A stretch of DNA of 21,194 bases. Origin: an uncultured Thermoplasmata archaeon (GTDB lineage: Archaea > Thermoplasmatota > Thermoplasmata > Halarchaeoplasmatales > Halarchaeoplasmataceae). The stretch is from NCBI GenBank assembly GCA_964399335.1, contig CAYNQI010000017.1, positions 1 through 21,194 on the forward strand, given 5' to 3'. The position numbers and the translations under genes were made by a program. The notes beneath the pieces were generated by a model. That model worked only from the letters and a program-made list of their open reading frames with translations, was not told where the DNA came from and ran no database searches. Below are positions 1 to 7,958 of this stretch, in pieces (within the stretch, counting starts at the first letter, position 1; each line of letters starts with the position of its first letter).

Positions 1-379
1 CATCGACTTCAGTTATTCGGATCAAGACTGCATCACCTACATCTATATAACTAGCAGTATCACCATATTCAACTCTCCATGGAACATCGTTAACATGCAA
101 AATCGAAATGAAGGGAGCGTTTATATCCACCATCCATATAGATGAATTTAGATCGGTTACAGTTCCGATCACTTTATCTCCCTTTTTAGGGTCATATCTT
201 CCACTTTGAGCAGCAACATTTACATATCCTGATCGAAAAGTCTTTACACCTAATTTAGCTGCGTATATCTTTCCGTTTCGTTTGAAAGTACCTCTACCTG
301 GTTTTACGTCATCATTCTCTTCAATAACATCTCCAGGTAAAAGAAGTTCTCTTTTAGTTTTCTTTTTATTCTCACTCAT
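1..379 (-). CDS. rrp4: Exosome complex RNA-binding protein Rrp4 (N-terminal part; runs off the window start)
   Basis: Not in the ORF track; translated by hand from ATG at 379: MSENKKKTKRELLLPGDVIEENDDVKPGRGTFKRNGKIYAAKLG...GRYDPKKGDKVIGTVTDLNSSIWMVDINAPFISILHVNDVPWRVEYGDTASYIDVGDAVLIRITEVD. This shows the Rrp4 N-domain (PGD..PG.GT) and S1 domain (Y.P..GD.VIG.V). GGTG RBS upstream; canonical position after SBDS. Confidence 0.92.
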   Translation of the reverse strand, partial: MSENKKKTKRELLLPGDVIEENDDVKPGRGTFKRNGKIYAAKLGVKTFRSGYVNVAAQSGRYDPKKGDKVIGTVTDLNSSIWMVDINAPFISILHVNDVPWRVEYGDTASYIDVGDAVLIRITEVD

Positions 380-411
380 ATCTAAACACCTTATATAATT
401 AATTAGTTTTA

Positions 412-1140
412 TCAATCTATTTTTTCTATTTCTGCATTACCTTTAGTTTTTTCATTTATTTTTTCAAAGAACTCATCTTTTGCACCGGCGGGGAGACTTA
501 TCTTACACATCCAACTACCATCGTTCAACCATTTTTCTTCATCGATCCGCCCTATATTTTTAAGAACACCGTATATTTTTCCGTACATATCTCCTCTAAC
601 CTTTACTGAAAAAGTAAGTTTCTCAAAACTTAGAGGTAATAGAACTTTGATTTCATCAACGATTTCTTCGACTTGTTTGCTAACCGGTTTAAAGGGGTCG
701 ATATGTATGTTAGCTTCCTTTATAGCATTCTCGATTCTTTTTGGCGGATGAGGTGCATTTGTTTGAGGATTCATCGAATCCCTAACAATTCTATCGATAA
801 TTTCTCTTTTCTTTTGCTCTTGTCTCTTTTTTCTTTGCTCCGTTGTAAGTTGGACTTCCCCTTTATCGAGAATTATCTCTGCGAGTTCTTTGATATCCGT
901 GGTATCGAATACCATCTCAAGTAAACTATGGGAGGCTTCTTCACCTTTTTTTGCATCAGAGAAAACTTTTTCAGCGGGCATATTCTCGATCAAATCGACA
1001 TCTTTCCCGCCTCTATATTTCTCAACTGCATCAGGCTCTAAAAGTATCTCAAAATTTTCACCGTGGGATTTGTATCTTGCTATGACATATTCATCTAAAA
1101 GAGTTTCCGTATGCTCTTTTTGATAGTCTTTTTTACCCAC
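412..1140 (-). CDS. sdo1: Ribosome assembly factor SBDS/Sdo1
   Basis: 242 aa with ARYKSHGENFEIL, QLTTEQRKK and NPQTNAPHPPKRIENA motifs of the SBDS family; GTG start with GGAGG RBS; lies between psmA and rrp4 as in the archaeal exosome superoperon. Confidence 0.95.
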   Translation of the reverse strand: MGKKDYQKEHTETLLDEYVIARYKSHGENFEILLEPDAVEKYRGGKDVDLIENMPAEKVFSDAKKGEEASHSLLEMVFDTTDIKELAEIILDKGEVQLTTEQRKKRQEQKKREIIDRIVRDSMNPQTNAPHPPKRIENAIKEANIHIDPFKPVSKQVEEIVDEIKVLLPLSFEKLTFSVKVRGDMYGKIYGVLKNIGRIDEEKWLNDGSWMCKISLPAGAKDEFFEKINEKTKGNAEIEKID

Positions 1141-1160
1141 TTAGAAGCCTCCTTTATGTT

Positions 1161-1874
1161 CTATTCAACCTTTTCTAAAAATTCAGAGATCCTATCTTTT
1201 GATAATTTATAGAAATCCTCATCTTTTGTTATAACTGCTATCTCTAAAGATCTAGGGTTTAAGTCGCCTTCAGCTGCTCTGTTCAGCCCTTTTATAGACA
1301 ATTCAATACCTTCGTCAAGTGTCAAATCATCTTCATAACCTTGGTCGAAAACATCCTGTACCTCGTCTCTATCCATACCGATACTCTGGGCTTTCAATGC
1401 TTGGAAGGCTCCACTAGGATCAGTTTCATAGAGATGAGCTCCATCAGCGTCGACTCCTGCAATAAGTAGAGCCGTACCGAAAGGTCTAACCCCGCCGTAT
1501 TGAGTATAAGTTTGCTTGTAGTCACAGATCTTTTTTACCAAGGTTTCGATGTCGATTCGCTCGTTAAATGAAACCCTATTGATCTGAGCTACCACTCTAG
1601 CATGATCAACCAATACTCTAGCATCTGCAAATAAACCAGATGTTGCTACAGCAGTTTTTTTATCAACTTGAAATATCTTTTCTATTGAGCTTGATTTCAC
1701 TAAATCATTTGAAATTCTTTTATCAACAACTAAGGCAACACCATCTTCCACTTGTATACCCACCGTCGTAGTACCTCTTCTAACTGCTTCTCTTGCGTAC
1801 TCGACTTGGAACAATCTTCCATCGGGTGAGAAGACGGTTATTCCTCGATCATAACCCATTTGTCCTGGCTGCAT
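1161..1874 (-). CDS. psmA: Proteasome subunit alpha
   Basis: YDRGITVFSPDGRLFQVEYAREAV signature and GGVRPFGTALLIAG. Start moved from 1952 to ATG 1874 (MQPGQMGYDR) because a GGTGA RBS and a TATA box lie inside the ORF-track extension. Confidence 0.97.
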   Translation of the reverse strand: MQPGQMGYDRGITVFSPDGRLFQVEYAREAVRRGTTTVGIQVEDGVALVVDKRISNDLVKSSSIEKIFQVDKKTAVATSGLFADARVLVDHARVVAQINRVSFNERIDIETLVKKICDYKQTYTQYGGVRPFGTALLIAGVDADGAHLYETDPSGAFQALKAQSIGMDRDEVQDVFDQGYEDDLTLDEGIELSIKGLNRAAEGDLNPRSLEIAVITKDEDFYKLSKDRISEFLEKVE

Positions 1875-1909
1875 TTCTCTTTCACCGACCGGTATAAGAA
1901 ATACTGTAG

Positions 1910-1927
1910 TTATAAACCTTACCCTTT
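1910..1927 (-). promoter_or_regulatory. BRE/TATA promoter of the psmA-SBDS-rrp4 operon
   Basis: Minus strand reads AAAAGGGTAAGG-TTTATAA, with the TATA box at 1910-1916, about 36 nt upstream of ATG 1874. Confidence 0.6.
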
Positions 1928-2269
1928 TGTATTCGATAAAAAATAAACTCATCCAGTTAAATAGGGATAGAAAAATAAGGGAGGGAAGGGGGGAGGTTAT
2001 AATGAAGTTATGATACCCTTTCCCTTTAGAAAAAAAGGGAGGGAGGGTGATTATCGTTATTTGCTTACACGCTGTGTACTATCATACATATATGCATACG
2101 TATATTTATAGATTTCCCTCTTAATCTCATTAAAAATAGGAATTTATAGCCCGTTTGTACAAAGGTTAAAACAGTTATTTATAGTTTTTCTTAATGAAAG
2201 CTTCATCCATATTAAGACTATCTCATCCAAAGTGGAAACACTTTTAAGCACTCTGTAAAATTCCAGTTC

Positions 2270-4171
2270 ATGATACTATCTATAGATATCGGAGGAACTT
2301 TTACAGACTTTGTTATTATAGATGAGCGGATTAAAAATTTTAAATTGAAATCTACTCCCCTCAAGCCTGAAAAGGCCTTTGAAGAAGGTATGAAACAGAT
2401 TGACCACGTTTCTGATGAAGTTTTACATGGAACAACCGTAGCAACGAACGCAATTCTTGAAGGAAAAGGTGTTAAAACTGCATTTATCACAAATAAGGGA
2501 TTCGAAGACATACTTTTTATCGGTAGACAAGATAGACCCAAACTTTATGATCTACATGTTTCTAAACCAAAACCACCGATTGAAAAAGATGATTGTTTCG
2601 GTATCTCTGGAAGGATCGATCATCAAGGAGAAGAAATAGCACCGATCGTTCTTGAAGAGGTAGAATCAATCGCGAAAAAGCTTTCTAAGGATGATCTATG
2701 TGCAGCTGTCTGTTTACTTCACTCATATCAGAATCCAACCCATGAAAAAACAGTTGGCAAAGTACTTGAAAAGGTTGGAGTACCTTATACATTATCTCAT
2801 CAAATCTCTAGGGAATTTAGAGAGTATGAAAGGGGTATGACAACCCTTTTAGATGCTTACTTATCACCTTTGGTCAAAGAATATTTTTTATCGATAACGG
2901 AATTATTAGGTCAGGAACCGTATATTATGAAATCGAGCGGAGGGCTTGAAAGGGCTTTATCCGTCAATCCTATCGATACATTTTATTCGGGTCCTGCTGG
3001 AGGAGTTGCCGGTGGTCTTCATATCTCTAAAATCACCGAGAAGAAAAACTTGGTAACTTTTGACATGGGTGGAACAAGCGCTGATATGGCAACTATCATA
3101 GAGGGGGAGATGGATTGGAAAGATTCAGGTGAAATTGAAAATTTTCCAGTCCAGTCAAGGATGGCAGATATTGTGACCGTCGGGGCTGGTGGGGGGAGTA
3201 TAGCTAGATGTGATGAAGGAGGTGTTTTAAGAGTTGGCCCACAAAGCGCTGGCGCAGACCCAGGACCAGTATGCTACGGGAAGGGTGGAGATAAACCGAC
3301 TATCACCGATGCACTCCTAGCTATGGGATATATCGATCTAAATTATTTCTTAGGTGGCGAGATGGAATTGGATAAAAAAAGTGCAATAGCTTCATTAAAA
3401 GGATTAGCTGATCAATTAGGTATGGGTTTGGAGGAAACACTTCTGGGTATCTTTAAGGTCGCAAACTCTAAGATGGCAAGGACCATGAAAACAATAACGG
3501 TAGAAAGGGGACTAGACCCTACCGAATTCTCCATTTTAGCATTCGGTGGCGCAGCTCCTCTACATGCAGCTTATTTGGGTATGGAATTAGATATATCTCA
3601 TGTCATGGTACCACCCTTACCTGGTGTATTTTCAGCTTTGGGTATCGCAACTGGTGATATAGTACAAGATTATCATAAAACTATGTTTTGTGCAGTTTCT
3701 GAACGGAAAAAGATCGAAGAGGAGATAAAGGAAATGAAGACAGATTTACCTGAAGGTGAAGTAAAAGTATTCCTTGGTTTAAGGTACAAAGGTCAGGGAT
3801 ACCATATCAACATAGAGTATGATGATGATCTGATCGAGAGGTTCCATAAAAAGCACGATGAACGGTTCGGATATTCGATTCGAGATGCTGAGATAGAAGT
3901 AGTTAGGATACATGTAGAAGTTAGACGTTCAAGAGAGATAGACAGAATTTCAACTAAATCAAGTGAGAAAAGGTCTTCTAAAAGTAGAGATTGTTTATTC
4001 CCTGAAGGTATGTTCGAAACAGAGGTTCTTTTCAGAGATTCCATCGGTCCAGGTACAAAGAAAGAAGGCCCGATCATCATCGAAGATAAGAATTCGACTA
4101 TATTGATACCTCCTGATTGGAAATTTTGGGTCGATGAGCAGAGTATCATCCATATGGAGGGGATAAGATGA
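2270..4171 (+). CDS. hyuA: Hydantoinase A / ATP-dependent 5-oxoprolinase-family subunit A
   Basis: 633 aa with IDIGGTFTD, HGTTVATNA, SGPAGG, DMGGTSAD, GAGGGSIA, GPQSAGADPGPVCYGKGG, PTITDA and FGGAAPLHA motifs. The symbol is at family level; the substrate is not determinable. Confidence 0.9.
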   Translation: MILSIDIGGTFTDFVIIDERIKNFKLKSTPLKPEKAFEEGMKQIDHVSDEVLHGTTVATNAILEGKGVKTAFITNKGFEDILFIGRQDRPKLYDLHVSKPKPPIEKDDCFGISGRIDHQGEEIAPIVLEEVESIAKKLSKDDLCAAVCLLHSYQNPTHEKTVGKVLEKVGVPYTLSHQISREFREYERGMTTLLDAYLSPLVKEYFLSITELLGQEPYIMKSSGGLERALSVNPIDTFYSGPAGGVAGGLHISKITEKKNLVTFDMGGTSADMATIIEGEMDWKDSGEIENFPVQSRMADIVTVGAGGGSIARCDEGGVLRVGPQSAGADPGPVCYGKGGDKPTITDALLAMGYIDLNYFLGGEMELDKKSAIASLKGLADQLGMGLEETLLGIFKVANSKMARTMKTITVERGLDPTEFSILAFGGAAPLHAAYLGMELDISHVMVPPLPGVFSALGIATGDIVQDYHKTMFCAVSERKKIEEEIKEMKTDLPEGEVKVFLGLRYKGQGYHINIEYDDDLIERFHKKHDERFGYSIRDAEIEVVRIHVEVRRSREIDRISTKSSEKRSSKSRDCLFPEGMFETEVLFRDSIGPGTKKEGPIIIEDKNSTILIPPDWKFWVDEQSIIHMEGIR

Positions 4172-5700
4172 CCGATCTAACTCCCACCGATCTTGAGGTT
4201 ATGAAACACGCTTTCATATCAATTGCTGAACTTATGGGGGCAACTCTTCAACGCAGTGCATATTCTCCAAATATTAAGGAGCGTAAAGATGAGTCTTGTG
4301 CAGTATTTTCTGAAAATGGAGAAATGATCGCCCAGGCTGAACATATACCTGTTCACCTTGGTGCAATGCCTAATTCTTTAGATGCGGCGTTGGAAAATTG
4401 TGAGTTGACTAAAGGTGATCAGATAATCTTGAATGATCCTTACATGGGCGGCACTCACCTTCCAGATATAACGATTATAAAACCTGTTTTCGATGAGGAT
4501 CTAGTTGGTTACGTAGTCAATAGAGCACATCACGCAGATGTAGGTGGCAGTTTCCCGGGATCCATGCCCGGAATGAGTAAAACTTTAGACGAGGAAGGTA
4601 TAGTCATCTCACCTACCCATATAGTAAAGGAAGGCAAGATATGCCGTGATGTTCTAGAAGTTTTCAATAAAACTCGAACACCGGATGAAAGGATGGGCGA
4701 TATAAAAGCTCAGATCGGGGCTAATGAAAGGGGTGCTCAAGAACTTGTAAAGAATGTAAGGAGATTTGGTATCGATAAATATAACAAATTTACGAAACAG
4801 ATCATCGATTATTCAGAGACTAGAACTAGGAAAATAATTAGTGAATTACAAAGATGTGAATTATCTTTTTCAGATCGCATGGAATGGGAACCAGAAGTAA
4901 GACTCAAGGTCAAGATAAATATACTTGAAAATTCCTTGAATTTTGATTTTGCAGGAACTAGTAAACAGGTTGAAGGTAATATAAACGCTCCTAGGTCGGT
5001 GACTCATTCTGCTATATATTACGTTTTACGATGTTTGTTACCGGATGATGTCCCGGTTAACCAAGGATGTTACAGACCTCTTGATATATCAATTCCTAAA
5101 GGTTCAGTATTAAATCCTAACCCACCTGCAGCAGTATCATCAGGGAACGTTGAAACATCTCAGAGGGTTGTAGAACTTATTTTTAGAGCATTGGAAGACA
5201 TTTTTCCAGACAAGATCTGTGCTGAAAGTCAAGGTACTATGAACAACTTGATCATTGGAAATGATAATTTCACGTATTATGAAACCATCGGCGGTGGTGC
5301 AGGTGCATGTCCTTGTGGTTCTGGAGAAAGCGGAGTTCACGTCCATATGACCAATACCAAGAATACACCCATCGAAGCTATGGAAAAAGAGTATCCACTG
5401 CTTATACATGCATATAAACTGCGAAATAGATCAGGAGGTTCAGGTAAATATAGAGGAGGTGATGGTTTGATCAGAGACATAGAAGTCCTTGAAGATGCCC
5501 ATCTATCCATCCAGTCTGAAAGGAGGATATACCCCCCTAAAGGGATCAGAGGTGGGAGGGATGGTTCGACTGGTAGAAATCTTTTGATAAAGGATGGTGA
5601 AGAAGAGAAGCTTGGAGGTAAAGTAAGTTTGTCTTTAACCAAAGGAGATAGGATCCGAATCGAAACTCCTGGAGGAGGAGGTTGGGGAGATAAGGACTGA
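4168..5700 (+). CDS. hyuB: Hydantoinase B / oxoprolinase-family subunit B
   Basis: 510 aa with SPNIKERKDESCA, HIPVHLG, NDPYMGGTHLPD, RAHHADVGG, YETIGGG, NTKNTPIE and TPGGGGWG. ATGA overlap with subunit A and a GGAGG RBS indicate translational coupling. Confidence 0.9.
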   Translation: MTDLTPTDLEVMKHAFISIAELMGATLQRSAYSPNIKERKDESCAVFSENGEMIAQAEHIPVHLGAMPNSLDAALENCELTKGDQIILNDPYMGGTHLPDITIIKPVFDEDLVGYVVNRAHHADVGGSFPGSMPGMSKTLDEEGIVISPTHIVKEGKICRDVLEVFNKTRTPDERMGDIKAQIGANERGAQELVKNVRRFGIDKYNKFTKQIIDYSETRTRKIISELQRCELSFSDRMEWEPEVRLKVKINILENSLNFDFAGTSKQVEGNINAPRSVTHSAIYYVLRCLLPDDVPVNQGCYRPLDISIPKGSVLNPNPPAAVSSGNVETSQRVVELIFRALEDIFPDKICAESQGTMNNLIIGNDNFTYYETIGGGAGACPCGSGESGVHVHMTNTKNTPIEAMEKEYPLLIHAYKLRNRSGGSGKYRGGDGLIRDIEVLEDAHLSIQSERRIYPPKGIRGGRDGSTGRNLLIKDGEEEKLGGKVSLSLTKGDRIRIETPGGGGWGDKD

Positions 5701-5784
5701 TTCGATTAGAAAGATTTAAGTGACAATAATCATTCCAAATAACTAAGAAGATTAGATTTACCCCCAATAGGGAAACTCAAAGAT

Positions 5785-6981
5785 ATGGAGTTTGATAATA
5801 TGACAAAAAAGACTGAATATTTACAGAAAAAATATGAAGAGATGAAAGAGGAAGGACTTACTTGGAAGATCAGAGATCTTGAAGGCCCGTCAACAGCACA
5901 TGTCACAGTCGACGGAAAAGAGTGTATAATGTTGGCATCCAATAATTACTTGGATTTAGCGAATCACCCAGAGTTGAAGAAGGCTGCTAAAGAAGCTGTT
6001 GACAAGTATGGTGCAGGAGCAGGATCTGATTGGTCCATCGCAGGAACTATGGATATCCATGAAGAGCTTTGGGACAAGATAGCAGAATTCAAAGAAACAG
6101 AAGCGGGTATGACTTATCAAACAGGCTTTGCAGTCAACGCTGGTTTGATACCTCAACTGGTTGGAAAAGGTGATCTATTGATATCCGATGAACTTAACCA
6201 CGGGAGTATCATAGATGGTGTGAGGTTATCCCGTGCCGACAAGATGATCTTCAGCCATTCTGATATGGGTGAACTAGAGGACTGTTTGAAACAGGCGCAA
6301 GAAGAAGGATACGAACGGATGTTCGTCATCACCGACGGTGTTTTCAGCATGGACGGTGACATAGCAAAGATGGATGAGATACAGGATCTAGCTGATGAGT
6401 ACGGAGCTATGACCTACGTGGATGACGCCCACGGTGAGGGTATATTGGGTGATGGAAGAGGTATAGCAAGAGAATTCAACTTGGAAGATAGGATCGATGT
6501 CGAGATGGGAACTTTCTCGAAAGCACTCGGTGGTTTTGGTGGTATGCTTGCTGGTGATGAGGGATTGATCAATTATGCATACAACACATCTAGGACGTGG
6601 CTTTTGAGTGCAGCATTCCCACCACATGTAGCGGCGGTAAACATCAAAGCTCTCGATTTGGTGATGGAAGAAACTGAAAGAGTCGAGAAGTTGTGGGATC
6701 TAACTGAGTACTTCAAGAAAGAGATCGAAAGTCTAGGATTTGATACGGGAATGAGCGAAACTCCGATAATACCTGCCATGATCGGAGACAGCAGGAAAGC
6801 CCAGAAACTTGCAGATAGATTGTATGATGAAGGAATATTTGCACTGGCGATCGTTTATCCGATGGTAGCTAAAGGGCAGGCTAGGATCAGGAACCAGATA
6901 AATGCAGGTATGGACTATGAAGACCTTGATTACATATTGAACGCCTATGAAAAATTGGGTAAAGAGATGGACTTGATATAG
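5785..6981 (+). CDS. PLP-dependent alpha-oxoamine synthase, Kbl-like (glycine C-acetyltransferase / 8-amino-7-oxononanoate synthase family)
   Basis: SNNYLDLANHP, SDELNHGSIIDG, TDGVFSMDGD, VDDAHGEG, GTFSKALG (PLP lysine) and YPMVAKGQARIR. The true start may be ATG 5800 (GGAG 9 nt upstream). Symbol withheld because the specificity loop is atypical. Confidence 0.88.
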   Translation: MEFDNMTKKTEYLQKKYEEMKEEGLTWKIRDLEGPSTAHVTVDGKECIMLASNNYLDLANHPELKKAAKEAVDKYGAGAGSDWSIAGTMDIHEELWDKIAEFKETEAGMTYQTGFAVNAGLIPQLVGKGDLLISDELNHGSIIDGVRLSRADKMIFSHSDMGELEDCLKQAQEEGYERMFVITDGVFSMDGDIAKMDEIQDLADEYGAMTYVDDAHGEGILGDGRGIAREFNLEDRIDVEMGTFSKALGGFGGMLAGDEGLINYAYNTSRTWLLSAAFPPHVAAVNIKALDLVMEETERVEKLWDLTEYFKKEIESLGFDTGMSETPIIPAMIGDSRKAQKLADRLYDEGIFALAIVYPMVAKGQARIRNQINAGMDYEDLDYILNAYEKLGKEMDLI

Positions 6982-6995
6982 ATCAACAAAAACCC

Positions 6996-7010
6996 TTCTT
7001 TTATTTTTTT
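6996..7010 (+). terminator. Oligo-T archaeal terminator after the Kbl-like gene
   Basis: TTCTTTTATTTTTTT begins 15 nt after the stop codon. Confidence 0.6.
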
Positions 7011-7038
7011 AAAAAACTTCCTATTTATTGATGAATTC

Positions 7039-7055
7039 CGAAAAGTATTTTATAA
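7039..7055 (+). promoter_or_regulatory. BRE/TATA promoter of the creatininase-family gene (probably leaderless or very short leader)
   Basis: CGAAAA-GTA-TTTTATAA ends 27 nt before ATG 7083; no RBS in front of the ATG. Confidence 0.6.
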
Positions 7056-7082
7056 CGTTGTTACACTATTTTTTATGATTCC

Positions 7083-7829
7083 ATGAAGTTAAAATTGGAA
7101 GAGATGAGTTGGCTAGAGGTTCAGGAAGCTATAGAACAGGGATACGATACTGTTTTGATATTATTGGGGTCTATTGAACAGCATGGACCACATCTACCTA
7201 TCAATACCGATGAACTGATCTCTGAAGAACTTGGAGTAAGGACTGCTGAAAAACTTGATAAGGCATTGGTCGCACCGATAATAAGGCCGGGATGTTCTAA
7301 ACACCATATGGAATTCTTTGGTACAGTTTCCATATCATATAAAACATTAAAGAATCTAGTCGAAGACTATTGTTTAGCCTACGAAAAACATGGTTTTAAA
7401 AATATTATATTGATACCTTATCACGGCGGGAATTATGACCCTATCAAAGAATTCGAACCTGAACTCAGATATAAACTGAAAAAATCTAACCTAGTGATCA
7501 TTGCAGATATAGAGAAAAGTATGGAACTGATGAATAAAGGAATGAAAGATGCGGGGATTGATTTCGAAGAACCGATCATACATTCTGGTGCTTCTGAAAC
7601 ATCGATTTTATTGGCTATAAGAGAGGAATTAGTAAGGAAGGACAGATTCGAAAAGGGCTATACTGAAGATATACCTATCAGTAACCTTTTTGCGAAAGGC
7701 CTTAAGTTTTTCACTGAAAACGGTGTTCTTGGAGACCCGAATTTAGCTAGTGAAAAGGCCGGAGAGATAATACTTGAATCTATATCTGATTGGTACGTTG
7801 ATGAAATTAGGGCAAAACTTTCGAGATGA
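7083..7829 (+). CDS. Creatininase-family amidohydrolase (creatininase/MftE/ArfB fold)
   Basis: 248 aa with GSIEQHGPHLPINTD, HHMEFFGT, PYHGGN, HSGASETS and NGVLGDP metal-binding motifs. Confidence 0.88.
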   Translation: MKLKLEEMSWLEVQEAIEQGYDTVLILLGSIEQHGPHLPINTDELISEELGVRTAEKLDKALVAPIIRPGCSKHHMEFFGTVSISYKTLKNLVEDYCLAYEKHGFKNIILIPYHGGNYDPIKEFEPELRYKLKKSNLVIIADIEKSMELMNKGMKDAGIDFEEPIIHSGASETSILLAIREELVRKDRFEKGYTEDIPISNLFAKGLKFFTENGVLGDPNLASEKAGEIILESISDWYVDEIRAKLSR

Positions 7830-7845
7830 TCAAATAAATACACTA

Positions 7846-7860
7846 TCTTTTTTATTTTTT
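7846..7860 (+). terminator. Oligo-T terminator after the creatininase-family gene
   Basis: TCTTTTTTATTTTTT begins 17 nt after the stop codon. Confidence 0.6.
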
Positions 7861-7892
7861 CCAGAATATCAATTCAAACCTTTGTATACAAG

Positions 7893-7906
7893 CGAAAGTT
7901 TATTAA
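7893..7906 (+). promoter_or_regulatory. BRE/TATA promoter of lhr
   Basis: CGAAAG-TTTATTAA, about 50 nt upstream of ATG 7959. Confidence 0.55.
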
Positions 7907-7958
7907 ATGACCAATGACGTTATCTTGAATTCGAAGCAGATGCACAGGATAAGAAAGG

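Noticed and set aside
673-1123. Plus-strand ORFs 673..924 and 890..1123
   Set aside because: Antisense shadows of SBDS; no RBS or recognisable motifs.
1875-1952. 26-aa N-terminal extension of psmA in the ORF track
   Set aside because: Contains the TATA box and RBS of the real start at 1874; the family N-terminus begins at MQPGQMGYDR.
2065-2130. Minus-strand mini-ORF (MRLRGKSINIRMHICMIVHSV, or leaderless MIVHSV) and a C/D-box sRNA reading of the same locus
   Set aside because: The longer form spans its own putative TATA box and the 6-aa form cannot be supported. AUGAUAG is a poor C box and no CUGA D box follows.
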